From: a virus | Reading direction: 5' to 3' (one strand) | Virus record (IMG/VR): IMGVR_UViG_3300030117_004232 | Location: 1-64,000 of that record | DNA: 64,000 nt | Shown here: in pieces, positions 8,501 to 17,387 of the stretch | How the letters are laid out: each line of letters begins with the position of its first letter | Numbering within the stretch: position 1 is the first letter of the stretch | The notes under the pieces: generated by a model | Told to the model about the DNA's origin: nothing | Seen by the model: the letters and a program-made list of their open reading frames with translations, nothing else | The model's database searches: none | Translations under genes and position numbers: made by a program

Positions 8501-11028
8501 AGTTCAAGGCTAAGGCCAGTCATTCTGCTGAACAATTAGCACAAGGGCTTGGATTAAATTATGAAGATGCGCATGTACAGGCTTCGATGCAACATTTGTC
8601 CAATCAGATTCGTGATATGGCAAAGGCTCGTGGTGACATGGAATTGGAATTTCCCATAATGACTGTGGCAGAATTGATGAGTCGAGGCGGTCATTATGGA
8701 GAGCACGGGACACCTGAAGAAATGCGAGAGTTGGCATTACAGGCTGCGAATATGGGTTACAGCGGAGATGCCAAGGCCAATCTTGATTTTATGAATATGA
8801 GAATGAATGCTTTAGGTTTAGATGGTGAACTTGTTCCTTACAACAAAGAATTTGGTGGAATGGGTAGAACTGCAAAAGAGGGTGTAGAAGAAATTATGGC
8901 CGAGTTAGGTCTTAGATTTATCAACTCTCATTCAACTGACCCTAACTTCCCTCCTGAAAGAACATATTTACGAAATGTCAAAGGAAAGGAATACTACAAA
9001 AAGCGAAATCAGGCTGATGAAAACCGAAGACTTGGTTACAGAGAATTGCAAAGATTGAATTCTGTATTGATTAGTGACCCAACAAAAGAACCTAAGCGTG
9101 TTAAGGCTGTTGATGCCAAGATGCAAGGTGGACTTGTACCCACAAAATTAGGACCTATGGATTCTCGCTCAGAATCGGTTATTCACTCTCTATACAACTC
9201 AACTGGATTCAACCATCACTTGGGAGATAAAGTCAAAACAACTTTTGATTTTCACATTGACCACAACGGCAAGCCTACAATTCACCCAACTCCACCCCGC
9301 GATATTCGTTTAAACGGACCATTAGAGAGTTTCTGGAGTACAGTTTTCCCTGACCTTGCTCACATTTTGCATCCTGATTATGTTCATCATACAGGAGAAA
9401 CTGCGCAAGGTTTGAACACACTAGATAGAATGAATCATCAAAGTAAGCCACACCCCGTTGACGGTTCTCGGCATCTGGAAGACCCCCTGAAGAAAGGTAT
9501 GAATCTAGCAGCCTTGACCAACCCTGATATTATCCGCAAGGAGTTGGGAGACAAGGTTCCACTATTGCAACCCATGCATCGCATCTTTGAATTAGATGAC
9601 CTTGAGCACCTTCGTGGATTCACAGGCGACTGGGTGGTTTCTCACATGCCTGAAGGTGAGCGTGGGTTTGTCATTAAGAAAGATGACAAGGTCACATCAT
9701 CTAACTTCGACTTGTCTGAAGAAACCAAAGACAACTTCAAGAAAGTGGCTGATGAAGACTTTAGAGTCGACGTTATTGAATTAGAGGATGGATACTACAT
9801 CTTTGATGTACTAGAGTTTGATGATAAAGAAGTCCATGATATGACAACTGGAGACCGCATCAAGATTATTCGTGGGGGAATGGAAGGTACTGGTAATGTA
9901 CATGTTCCATCTGCAAGTGATACGCGTCTTACAGATGATGCTGGTTTGGAATTGACAGTGACTGATTTGCAGAAAGAGCATGATAGAATATTACTCAGAG
10001 ATGCTAAGTCTACTTACATGGCTGGAGAACTTCGACAACCCAAGTGGGTATTGCTCAGTCCCGGCAATGATGTTGTACTCATGGTTCTTGAACGCAGAGG
10101 CAACGGCCCCTACACATATCGATTGGGTACTGGACCAATTACACAAGATGAATCACTTGGTAAGCGTGGTGTTGAGATTGATGGCAATACCTACATGGAT
10201 ATGGGTGCCGCCTTTGATAGTTCTGAAAAGTTCAATGTTGGCGACCATGTACGTGTCAACGTAGCCAACGTAGGTGAAATGGAAACCAATGGTCAGAAAC
10301 TGTACAATGTATCCGCTTCAGAAATTGTCAGTGAAGCAGAAGGTGAAGGACTGGTAAGTCAGGAAACACTTGCTTTGCTGGCCAAGTCGGAATCTGAGCA
10401 ATGGTTGTGTGAAGTTCAGCGTACAGCCAGTGGAGTGCGAATTACAATGCCACAGGGTGATGTTGTGTACAAGACCACACAATCTGGAAGCCTATGGACT
10501 ATGCATAGCCCGTTGGCCCCCAACCACTATCTCATCCGTTTGGCTGAAAGTCAAAGACCCTATTGGGCACCTGTAGCGGGTGCAATGCTCAAGGCTGATG
10601 TTGATATTGCTGAGAAAGAAGAAGTGCACGACAATGGGTATGAAGCCGGTGAGGCCAAGCCGTTCATCAAGCCAAAGAAAATCAAAGACACGAATTGGTG
10701 GGCAAAAAACGAGAAGCAGAAGGTTTTGGTCAAAGGCTTGAAACTTGTTGAACAGATGCTCAAGAGTGGTGTTGGTTCTGTTGGTACAACGACTACAGGT
10801 ACAATGGGCTTGGGCATTGGGTATGCAACTCCTATAGAATCGCCTACTGGTCCTACAAACCTACATGATGCAAAAACCATGCCTGACTATGACAACAAAA
10901 AGCGACCCGGAGAAGACTACTCTATAGAACCGGGTACGGAGGAAGAAGAGGGGGCTAAACACATGACTGTGCCCCTAAAGGAAGGTACACTTGAGGTATC
11001 TGACTCCACGGCTCGCTTCCATAGTTGA
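5596..11028 (+). CDS. ~1810-aa putative internal head protein with a degenerate ATP-dependent DNA ligase-like (NTase+OB) domain
   Basis: Long ORF between portal and protease; 9577-10380 shows ligase motif order: VVSHMPEGER, FRVDVIE, YYIFDVLEFD, DRIKII, ILLRDAKSTY..G..R...W, then OB-like strands. Confidence 0.7.
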   Translation: MRDGPLDSLDRARATFLASIGDSVGKADAGADFYFAALNAKRHGYVLKGSDEGLLNMFNSIIKEEMYDEVGGTEAPGFADPLAPAGQEAQYAAGLQHGGQRIPDTVWNPDRVVRPVAGQSLSGRDFEMTAGKAGLAYADTDALRHGPLYAQGKDADSTAMIDAVSTFYLPDDRYGERQSEIDAKKELAWDKHHETGESDFVLGPRFYGRLPENMTNHAQYERHFDGWKRNNPDAVRELTEIHGPEGDDAVDHAIRTAHMDEARRGWSNENKLGLFDYLFGLEWHTPEQRDKIYQHMREHGVSNKSRADIDNGLSHTSRLVRNFQQRFAPMYNHWIRHAHAGGEVFEHTGIGLGGDSPSLQTNFQAINSISGGYEKAVENWENMTGEKLGRYPRLNAKGKPHKQAGEFNEQLVVNANGQLERKEGFSSKINQATLLALLNVDPRTNEIHTPGNHPQYKNWHPSQSAFTQDEVDHILKETDRIQKQKRAGRIGRNAGGMHYYAHIDPDMYSHDVTQGDHRGLAYHWNQPFRGVGGMMGHPNTLFNLLHEHGLFLHDTKVDENGNPLPFQNDFGESESLLFNRSSTEDQIRLRVRENTMEGGTAFAGGASRIADGMMMAALAPFGQTSPELTSFKQQKRGKLTAETRVDQGDITDSEDALHGHIGSLSGKSDRREPKFRTAYHPSPKYANQARKQHKRSFEENDAAGMKEVKDAFNGVTAGSIPLIHSKSGSKGGFAHGMEHVRRKIAHAFHRIGTALGFANPRLRPSARVADMNLPRPEVIPTAASHDVISALGHRQFIDDPILAEGAHSDALSEKLEQQNEAFDRMMLINDKIKSTDNEVERKNLELERDHLQEEIEKLGADIDSAGPTHNIQQTRTEQDVLRSHTNAIAERAKQYLPMMNPALFHPSLPLEVLEGNVMQYAAMINQMLAREPHENHGLPVLGNAEAAMQEQEVRPRPSDVKEFIHGNSKFKAKASHSAEQLAQGLGLNYEDAHVQASMQHLSNQIRDMAKARGDMELEFPIMTVAELMSRGGHYGEHGTPEEMRELALQAANMGYSGDAKANLDFMNMRMNALGLDGELVPYNKEFGGMGRTAKEGVEEIMAELGLRFINSHSTDPNFPPERTYLRNVKGKEYYKKRNQADENRRLGYRELQRLNSVLISDPTKEPKRVKAVDAKMQGGLVPTKLGPMDSRSESVIHSLYNSTGFNHHLGDKVKTTFDFHIDHNGKPTIHPTPPRDIRLNGPLESFWSTVFPDLAHILHPDYVHHTGETAQGLNTLDRMNHQSKPHPVDGSRHLEDPLKKGMNLAALTNPDIIRKELGDKVPLLQPMHRIFELDDLEHLRGFTGDWVVSHMPEGERGFVIKKDDKVTSSNFDLSEETKDNFKKVADEDFRVDVIELEDGYYIFDVLEFDDKEVHDMTTGDRIKIIRGGMEGTGNVHVPSASDTRLTDDAGLELTVTDLQKEHDRILLRDAKSTYMAGELRQPKWVLLSPGNDVVLMVLERRGNGPYTYRLGTGPITQDESLGKRGVEIDGNTYMDMGAAFDSSEKFNVGDHVRVNVANVGEMETNGQKLYNVSASEIVSEAEGEGLVSQETLALLAKSESEQWLCEVQRTASGVRITMPQGDVVYKTTQSGSLWTMHSPLAPNHYLIRLAESQRPYWAPVAGAMLKADVDIAEKEEVHDNGYEAGEAKPFIKPKKIKDTNWWAKNEKQKVLVKGLKLVEQMLKSGVGSVGTTTTGTMGLGIGYATPIESPTGPTNLHDAKTMPDYDNKKRPGEDYSIEPGTEEEEGAKHMTVPLKEGTLEVSDSTARFHS

Positions 11029-11036
11029 TTAAATAG
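11029..11036 (+). promoter_or_regulatory. Archaeal TATA-box-like element upstream of the protease/capsid genes
   Basis: TTAAATAG about 24 nt before ATG 11060, which has no RBS; consistent with a leaderless archaeal transcript. Confidence 0.5.
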
Positions 11037-11059
11037 TATGACTAGGTCTATAGACAGCA

Positions 11060-12439
11060 ATGGTCCTGACCACTCAGATGCGCACTTCCCCTGTTGAACA
11101 CAGCGGAAGCATCAGTATTGTCAAGGCAGATAATGACCTTGTCATCGCAGGTTACGCATCTGTAGAGATGGTTGACAAGCAAGGTGACCTTATCACACGC
11201 GGAGCCCTAAAGGATGCCTTTGATGGATTCATGAAGGCTGATGGATTCCGCAATGTACAACTCGCACACTCCAACATTCAGGTTGGTAGTGTTATTCCTT
11301 CGTACACTGACTCTGACGGTCGTGTATGGAAATCCGGTGTCGATGACGCCGGTATGTTCGTTGTTATCCAACTAAGGGATGACATCGAAAAGGCTCGTGA
11401 AGTAGCCAATGAAATTCGCAAAGGGGCCCTTCGTGGCTTCAGTATTGGAGGGCAAGCGTTCAAGCGCATGCGTAAGAGTGACCAACAACACGGTGACTAC
11501 ACTGAAATCTCCAAACTGGAATTGCACGAGGTAACCATTTGCGAAAAGGGTATCAATCCCGAAGCGACCTTCCGCATATTGAAGGAGGACACAACAATGA
11601 GTGATGAAATGAATGCATTGGAAGAACTAGGCAGCGTCTTGGACCGCTTGAGCAAGCGGATGGACAACATGGAAAAGGGCGAAATTCCCGAGGGCTTGAA
11701 AGAGCACATGAAAGACGAGAAAGACGAAAAAGGCGATTCCGACGAAAAAGACAATGGAGATGACAAAGACATGGACAAAGAAGAAAAAGGCATGTACAAA
11801 GGTGATGACCAATACGCCGATGTTATCAGCAGCGAGTACCTAAACTGGATGGAAAACACACTGAAGTCTCAGGGTGTTGACACTGGTGCAGCCCGTGCTC
11901 ACTTTGATGACATCAACAAGGCCAACCTTGGTAGCACACCTGAGCAAATCGGCGACGGCGCTAACTACTTTGGCGGACAAGTTAAGGGACGTGCACAAGA
12001 AGGTGGAAGTCCATCAACTAACGCTATCAGCCGCATGAACAGTGGCGGCGGCGGAGAAGTTGCAAAGGGTTACCTCGCACCTGATAACGTATCAGCAAGC
12101 GACCTAGAGGCAGCATACGAAGTCTACAAGGCCGCAGCACTAGAACAACAATTCAAGGGTAACTTGAACACAGTGTTCTCTGACCGACTACAGAAGGAAC
12201 TCAGCGCAGAAGCAGAGGCACGCGAAGCCTCTTCCTTTGACGCTCGTGGACCTCTCGCAAGCATTGAGAAGGCAATCGCTGACCTCGGTGCTCGCATCGA
12301 TGGACTTACTTCAGAAGAAGGTGGAGCAACTCTCCGCAAGGCAGTTGACCAATCCGCTGTCGAAATCCCTTCCACTGAAGAACTAGCAAACATGGACTGG
12401 AGCCAAGTACACCAGTTGGCTGGGAGTGTTTGGAACTGA
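11060..12439 (+). CDS. HK97-type prohead protease fused to scaffolding domain
   Basis: IAGYAS...DKQGD, catalytic His (LAHS), GFSIGG Ser motif, LHEVTIC; acidic and coiled-coil C-terminal half; directly upstream of MCP. Confidence 0.9.
   Translation: MVLTTQMRTSPVEHSGSISIVKADNDLVIAGYASVEMVDKQGDLITRGALKDAFDGFMKADGFRNVQLAHSNIQVGSVIPSYTDSDGRVWKSGVDDAGMFVVIQLRDDIEKAREVANEIRKGALRGFSIGGQAFKRMRKSDQQHGDYTEISKLELHEVTICEKGINPEATFRILKEDTTMSDEMNALEELGSVLDRLSKRMDNMEKGEIPEGLKEHMKDEKDEKGDSDEKDNGDDKDMDKEEKGMYKGDDQYADVISSEYLNWMENTLKSQGVDTGAARAHFDDINKANLGSTPEQIGDGANYFGGQVKGRAQEGGSPSTNAISRMNSGGGGEVAKGYLAPDNVSASDLEAAYEVYKAAALEQQFKGNLNTVFSDRLQKELSAEAEAREASSFDARGPLASIEKAIADLGARIDGLTSEEGGATLRKAVDQSAVEIPSTEELANMDWSQVHQLAGSVWN
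11597..12439 (+). CDS. Nested in-frame scaffolding protein (internal start)
   Basis: GAAGGAGGAC RBS just before in-frame ATG 11597, immediately after the protease domain. Confidence 0.55.
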   Translation: MSDEMNALEELGSVLDRLSKRMDNMEKGEIPEGLKEHMKDEKDEKGDSDEKDNGDDKDMDKEEKGMYKGDDQYADVISSEYLNWMENTLKSQGVDTGAARAHFDDINKANLGSTPEQIGDGANYFGGQVKGRAQEGGSPSTNAISRMNSGGGGEVAKGYLAPDNVSASDLEAAYEVYKAAALEQQFKGNLNTVFSDRLQKELSAEAEAREASSFDARGPLASIEKAIADLGARIDGLTSEEGGATLRKAVDQSAVEIPSTEELANMDWSQVHQLAGSVWN

Positions 12440-12468
12440 GTTTCCACAAATAAAATGGAGGAATAAAA

Positions 12469-13632
12469 ATGGCACGAAATTATATGCGAACAGTAAATGA
12501 CATGGAGCGCTACTACTACGGCGCTGGCAGTTCAATGGGCTACTCCTACAGTGGCTCAGAGTTGCTCAAAGCGGATGCACCGCTCCTAAGCACAACTGCT
12601 GGTACCTACCAAGCAATCTACGGACGAAAGGTATGGTCACAGTTGAACCAAGAATTCAACGCTTTCAGCGTTCTACCCAAGAAGCCTTGGGACCGAAGCG
12701 GATGGCGCGTTGTCACCGCAAAGCCTTCCAAGACTGTCGGCGGCGGTATTGCTGAGAACGGTACACTACCAGAAACCACCAAGCCTACTTTCCAGCATGT
12801 GGCTGCAAAGCCCAAGACTGTGGCTCACTCATTCGATATGAGCGAAGTTGCAATCTTCCTTAACGACAAGGATGATGGTCTAGGTGACATCCGCTCAGTT
12901 CTCAAAGAAGAGATGGGCAAGCACCACGCAGAGCACATCAACGATATGCTACTTACTGATGTAGACACCCCAGCAGGCAACGACATCGAGTCGCTTGACC
13001 GTGTAACGGCAGCATTCAGTAACAACGCAACTACCACAACTGGTCTAGTCAATGGACACGACAACCTAAGCGCCGATGCAGACCTAGACATCTACAGCAT
13101 TGACCGAAGTGCAAACTCATGGTCAAACGCTGAGCACAGCAACAACGCTGTGTCCAACACATCAACCAACAGAACCCTCAGTCTTGACCTTCTTGACGAT
13201 ATGTTCCAGCGAATCTGGGTTCGTGGTGGTAACCCCAAGGTTATGTTGACTGGATATGATACACTAATGCGCATCCAGCAACTACTACAGAGCCAACAGC
13301 GATTCATGGAAGAAAAGCGTGTTGTCCCAACCTACAACGGCGTAAAGGGTGTTCCCGGCGTCGAGGCTGGTTTCATTGTGGCTACCTACAACGGTGTCCC
13401 AATCATTCCAACCAAGGAAATGACATCTGATGGCATCAGCCGTATCTACATGATGGACACAGATTACTTGTACTTCAGTACTGGTAAGCCCACACAATAC
13501 TTTGAGTCTGGCATTGAGACTGGTGACCCATTCGCCATCAACCGCCTTGGACAAGAGGGACTTTACCGAACAATGGGTGAAGTTTGGACTACTTTCTTTG
13601 GAGGTCAAGGTTCAATCCGCGACTTGCAGTGA
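12469..13632 (+). CDS. Major capsid protein (HK97 fold)
   Basis: 387 aa after protease; strong GGAGG RBS; E-loop-like GGIAENGTLP..KP.F, YNGVPIIP and IYMMD patterns. Confidence 0.9.
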   Translation: MARNYMRTVNDMERYYYGAGSSMGYSYSGSELLKADAPLLSTTAGTYQAIYGRKVWSQLNQEFNAFSVLPKKPWDRSGWRVVTAKPSKTVGGGIAENGTLPETTKPTFQHVAAKPKTVAHSFDMSEVAIFLNDKDDGLGDIRSVLKEEMGKHHAEHINDMLLTDVDTPAGNDIESLDRVTAAFSNNATTTTGLVNGHDNLSADADLDIYSIDRSANSWSNAEHSNNAVSNTSTNRTLSLDLLDDMFQRIWVRGGNPKVMLTGYDTLMRIQQLLQSQQRFMEEKRVVPTYNGVKGVPGVEAGFIVATYNGVPIIPTKEMTSDGISRIYMMDTDYLYFSTGKPTQYFESGIETGDPFAINRLGQEGLYRTMGEVWTTFFGGQGSIRDLQ

Positions 13633-13666
13633 GGATTATGGAGAATAAAACAGGAGATGATTAATT

Positions 13667-14071
13667 ATGGCACAACAATTGACAGTAACCGCAGCAGGTG
13701 GAAGCATGGCAGCAGTATTGCATGGCGCATGGGAACTACGAGCAGGCTCTCAAGATACAGCCGAGTGGCAAGACGGAGCAGCCGATGTAACTTATCCCGG
13801 CGGAGGCCCCGGAACCTTCCAAGCATCTAATTCAGATGGAGCAACTGGATATGACCCAGCCCCAAAAATGGCACTCATTGGACTTGCAGATGTAGCAGAT
13901 AGTAACACAGTAACACTAAGTGGTGGCGCTACTGCAATCATTAGCGCACTCGTGTCTAATGGTGACGCAAATGTAGCACAAGGAGTTGGATGTAACCACT
14001 CTGGCCTTGTCGTCACAATGGAGACAGACGGAGCCGTAGGGACTGCACAACTATTGGTGTTCTACAACTGA
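13667..14071 (+). CDS. Putative virion structural/decoration protein
   Basis: Directly after MCP; GGAGA RBS; A/G/T-rich beta-type composition. Confidence 0.6.
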   Translation: MAQQLTVTAAGGSMAAVLHGAWELRAGSQDTAEWQDGAADVTYPGGGPGTFQASNSDGATGYDPAPKMALIGLADVADSNTVTLSGGATAIISALVSNGDANVAQGVGCNHSGLVVTMETDGAVGTAQLLVFYN

Positions 14072-14082
14072 GTTGATTCAAC

Positions 14083-14502
14083 ATGCCTTTGGTAACCTAC
14101 CTTGGTCCTTTCTTTTTGCGTCGGCGTCCAGATAACGCTGGCCAATGGGAAAGGAACATTACTGAGGAGGTCAGTCAAGAGTGGCTCGATACATACCGTC
14201 GTGCTATCTGTGGCAACCCCACCGCTTTCCGAGTAGAAGGCGATGAGGGTGTCACGGTAGACGATGGTGACGGACTACCTGACAACGGATGGACCAAAAA
14301 GGACATCACAGCATGGTTAAAGGCACAGGGTGCTGAAGTGGGTGGATATGCAACGAAGAGCAAATTACTTGGACTTGTAGCACAAACACTAAACCCACCA
14401 GCCCCTGAGCCTGAACCAGTCGTTGAGGAAGTCCAAGAAGAAGTCCCGGCTGACGTTCCAGAGGAAGTTGAAGAACAACAAATTACAGGAGATGAAGAAT
14501 AA
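14083..14502 (+). CDS. Protein with HeH/LEM/SAP-like motif and acidic tail
   Basis: WTKKDITAWLKAQG...ATKSKLLGLV helix-extension-helix pattern; E/P-rich C-terminus. Confidence 0.55.
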   Translation: MPLVTYLGPFFLRRRPDNAGQWERNITEEVSQEWLDTYRRAICGNPTAFRVEGDEGVTVDDGDGLPDNGWTKKDITAWLKAQGAEVGGYATKSKLLGLVAQTLNPPAPEPEPVVEEVQEEVPADVPEEVEEQQITGDEE

Positions 14503-14744
14503 TGGCAATAACAATAGACAGCAGAACTCATATTATAGGCGACTTGATGCTAATATCAGGAACTTGGGCTAATGGCGACACATCAATTGATGTATCTTCA
14601 CACTTAAGTTCTGTAGTTATGGCATTCGTATGTCCTTCAACAACCACTGAACAAGCCAACCCAGTCAGTATCGTAGGTACCACAATTCACTTCACTGAAA
14701 GTGGTAGCGATGACGGTGTTTGGTCTGCAATTGGTAAGCGCTGA
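14502..14744 (+). CDS. Small putative virion protein
   Basis: Coupled TAATG start, GGAGA RBS, beta-rich. Confidence 0.55.
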   Translation: MAITIDSRTHIIGDLMLISGTWANGDTSIDVSSHLSSVVMAFVCPSTTTEQANPVSIVGTTIHFTESGSDDGVWSAIGKR

Positions 14745-14760
14745 TTGGAGGTAAGCCTCC

Positions 14761-14979
14761 ATGGCAGTACTGAGTGGTTATGGCACTAGGGTCATTGGGC
14801 CCTATTCGCCCCAGCAAATAGCAGATGGTACCGCAAATGCGGCTATCCAAGCAGACATCAGAGCCACAGGTGGCACTGGTGCACTTGGAGTAGCGGCTGC
14901 GAGTACGACTGCTTTGGTTGACATTAACCCATTCATGTCCCTAGGAAACCAATACTTTCTCTTAACCTACACAGTGTGA
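14761..14979 (+). CDS. Small putative virion protein
   Basis: GGAGGT RBS; in structural operon. Confidence 0.55.
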   Translation: MAVLSGYGTRVIGPYSPQQIADGTANAAIQADIRATGGTGALGVAAASTTALVDINPFMSLGNQYFLLTYTV

Positions 14980-14988
14980 GGTTAATTC

Positions 14989-15270
14989 ATGGAAGCCTTT
15001 GGCAACCTCGGACTTGAGGACATTGAACGCTTACAGAAGCGCGGTATTCGACTTAACGAGTCATACGGCGCTTCTGTACGCACCAATGAAGATAACCCCC
15101 TTGAGGGCGTTACACTCAAGCAACGTAATCGCAATAAACATGCTGGGGATGTCCTCAACATCGGTGCAGGAACGCGCTGTAAGCACTGTGGCATGCTCCA
15201 CTTTTGCTGGGTTGACAAGTGCCGTACTTGCGGTATTCAGATGGATTACAATTTGAGCACAAGAGAATAG
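14989..15270 (+). CDS. Zn-ribbon protein
   Basis: CKHC...CRTC; GTGAGG RBS. Confidence 0.6.
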   Translation: MEAFGNLGLEDIERLQKRGIRLNESYGASVRTNEDNPLEGVTLKQRNRNKHAGDVLNIGAGTRCKHCGMLHFCWVDKCRTCGIQMDYNLSTRE

Positions 15271-15314
15271 GTTATTGGGAAGGTACACTGTGGCTCAGGT
15301 GAGGGGAATGAACC

Positions 15315-16928
15315 ATGCCAGTAGTATTCAGTCCCGGTGAGCCTGAAACGCGACCCTTAGAACCTGACGCAATCGTCTATACGACTGCTCAGAAGGTCGC
15401 TGACCTGCTTGGTGTAGGTCGAGGAGAGGCTGTTCTTGCTAGTGCTAATTCTGTATCTGATGGTGTGTATGTTACTGGTGGAGACTTTCGGGACCATGGC
15501 TTTGCTGTAAATGATACTGTACTCATCTATAGTGATTTAGACCCGCTAGGAACTGAGTTGAACATTACTTCCATGGCAAATGGTGGGGCGAGTGGTGTTA
15601 AATTAGTCACAGATACTTCCTTTACTCATAGTAACTTTACTACTGCTGCCAATACGTATGTTCAGAACACAGCATCATTCACCAACGGCAAGACCCGTGG
15701 TGTGACCAAGGCTATTGTAGAGACACGTATCAAAGAGATTCAGGACCGCATTGACAACATCACCCACAATGCTTGGAGGCCCTATCTAGTGGCTGCTGAG
15801 TACATCAATTTCGATACCTACAAGCCCTATCGGCGTCGATACTACACAGACTATGTGGGTACCACGCCTCTTTTGTTCCGCAATGTTCAACAAATTCTAC
15901 GCCTAGAAGTCTGGCAGGGTGAGCACTACAGAGAATTGGGTTCTGCTGAAGTTCGCGTTGAATTGAAAGATACTTTGACAACTGCTGAAACTATCCACAT
16001 AGGACTTGAAGGTGGATTTAAAGCAGATATTGGAGCGGCCACAAGCAACACTACGGGTTCATTTGACATTAGATTTGACAAGGTCAACGCTGCACAGAGT
16101 TTAGCAGACTTAGTCAATAATGAGGACCGAGTCGGTAAGACTGCAATTAACTTTGTAGACAAAGATGGAGGTAACTTTACAATGGCAGGTAGTACATCTA
16201 ATGTGTCTTTGCACAATGAAATTCTCGCAACGGCTAACGCCGATTACGGAAATGGTAAGGTAAAACTCACAAGTATGCGTCAAACAAAAGGTGGTGAATC
16301 AGTAAGCATTGCGTCTACTAATTTAGATGACATTGCCTTTTCTCAAATGACATCTGTAAGTACCACTTCTACCAGTGTTTCTAGCACCACTGTACATGTA
16401 GCCAGTACTACTGGATTTGCTGATGGAGGAGTATTGATGGTTGGTGATGGGACTGGAACTAACGTAGAAACTTTGACCTACCAAAGTAAAACTGCTACTA
16501 GTTTTGTAGGCTGCGCCAATCTAAATGGAACACCACTAAGCACATTAAATACTGGAGGCACTACTGTATTCCAGTATTTGTTCCAATCAGATATTGGTGC
16601 ATTTTCTGATGCTGGTGGTGACCAAGCGCGTCTGAAAGACTGGTGGTTGGATTCGGAAATGGGTATCATTTACTTCAACAACTCTTATCCATTCTTTGAG
16701 TGGAATGCTGTCAAAGTATCCTATATCTATGGAGAACGCTATTTGGAGAAGGCCATTGAAGAAGCCGCAACCAAATTGACGGCTTCAGAACTTCTCATGG
16801 CGGATGACCGCTCAGTGCTTATCCCTGAAGGGACACAGAATGTTGACCTTGGTTCCAAGATTCAACTGTATCGCCAAGAAGCGATGGAGATTCTGAATCG
16901 ATACAAGGAGATAGTTGTGTTCGCTTGA
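15315..16928 (+). CDS. Putative head-tail adaptor/neck protein with inserted beta domains
   Basis: Adaptor-like N-terminus (YTTAQKVADLL) and C-terminus (VKVSYIYG...IEEAATKLTA...LNRYK); position between head and tail genes. Confidence 0.6.
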   Translation: MPVVFSPGEPETRPLEPDAIVYTTAQKVADLLGVGRGEAVLASANSVSDGVYVTGGDFRDHGFAVNDTVLIYSDLDPLGTELNITSMANGGASGVKLVTDTSFTHSNFTTAANTYVQNTASFTNGKTRGVTKAIVETRIKEIQDRIDNITHNAWRPYLVAAEYINFDTYKPYRRRYYTDYVGTTPLLFRNVQQILRLEVWQGEHYRELGSAEVRVELKDTLTTAETIHIGLEGGFKADIGAATSNTTGSFDIRFDKVNAAQSLADLVNNEDRVGKTAINFVDKDGGNFTMAGSTSNVSLHNEILATANADYGNGKVKLTSMRQTKGGESVSIASTNLDDIAFSQMTSVSTTSTSVSSTTVHVASTTGFADGGVLMVGDGTGTNVETLTYQSKTATSFVGCANLNGTPLSTLNTGGTTVFQYLFQSDIGAFSDAGGDQARLKDWWLDSEMGIIYFNNSYPFFEWNAVKVSYIYGERYLEKAIEEAATKLTASELLMADDRSVLIPEGTQNVDLGSKIQLYRQEAMEILNRYKEIVVFA

Positions 16929-16937
16929 GGTGATGGT

Positions 16938-17387
16938 ATGGTAGCAACATGGAAAGAGCCACTCAATACCGTCATTGATATTCTCAAAGACAATTGGAAT
17001 CGGGCGAACAGTGACAACATCAAGCCTGTCATTTTGGACATTGCTTCAGAGGGGCCAGAGCGAGGCAAGCGCTTAGATTTGCAACGTAGTGACTTTATCC
17101 TATGCTACGAAACAGCACTGAATGAAGAAGTGCCTGATTTACTGTACAACTTTGTCACAACTCGCGTCAATATCACTGTGGACATGCGCACTACGCGTGG
17201 TCGTTCCCGATTGCGCAAATTAGAGAATGAGATGCGTAGGGTCATCCATACTCAGCGAAAGGGCGACGGTGTCAATTTTGACCGCATGATTCTCAAGACT
17301 CGCACTGATTTAAGCGACAGAAGCAAGAAGTTGTATCGACACACCTTCCAAGTAGAGGTCGTTATACTGGCGGAGGCGATTCCATGA
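16938..17387 (+). CDS. Putative tail terminator/completion protein
   Basis: 149 aa directly before tail tube; GAGGTGA RBS. Confidence 0.5.
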   Translation: MVATWKEPLNTVIDILKDNWNRANSDNIKPVILDIASEGPERGKRLDLQRSDFILCYETALNEEVPDLLYNFVTTRVNITVDMRTTRGRSRLRKLENEMRRVIHTQRKGDGVNFDRMILKTRTDLSDRSKKLYRHTFQVEVVILAEAIP

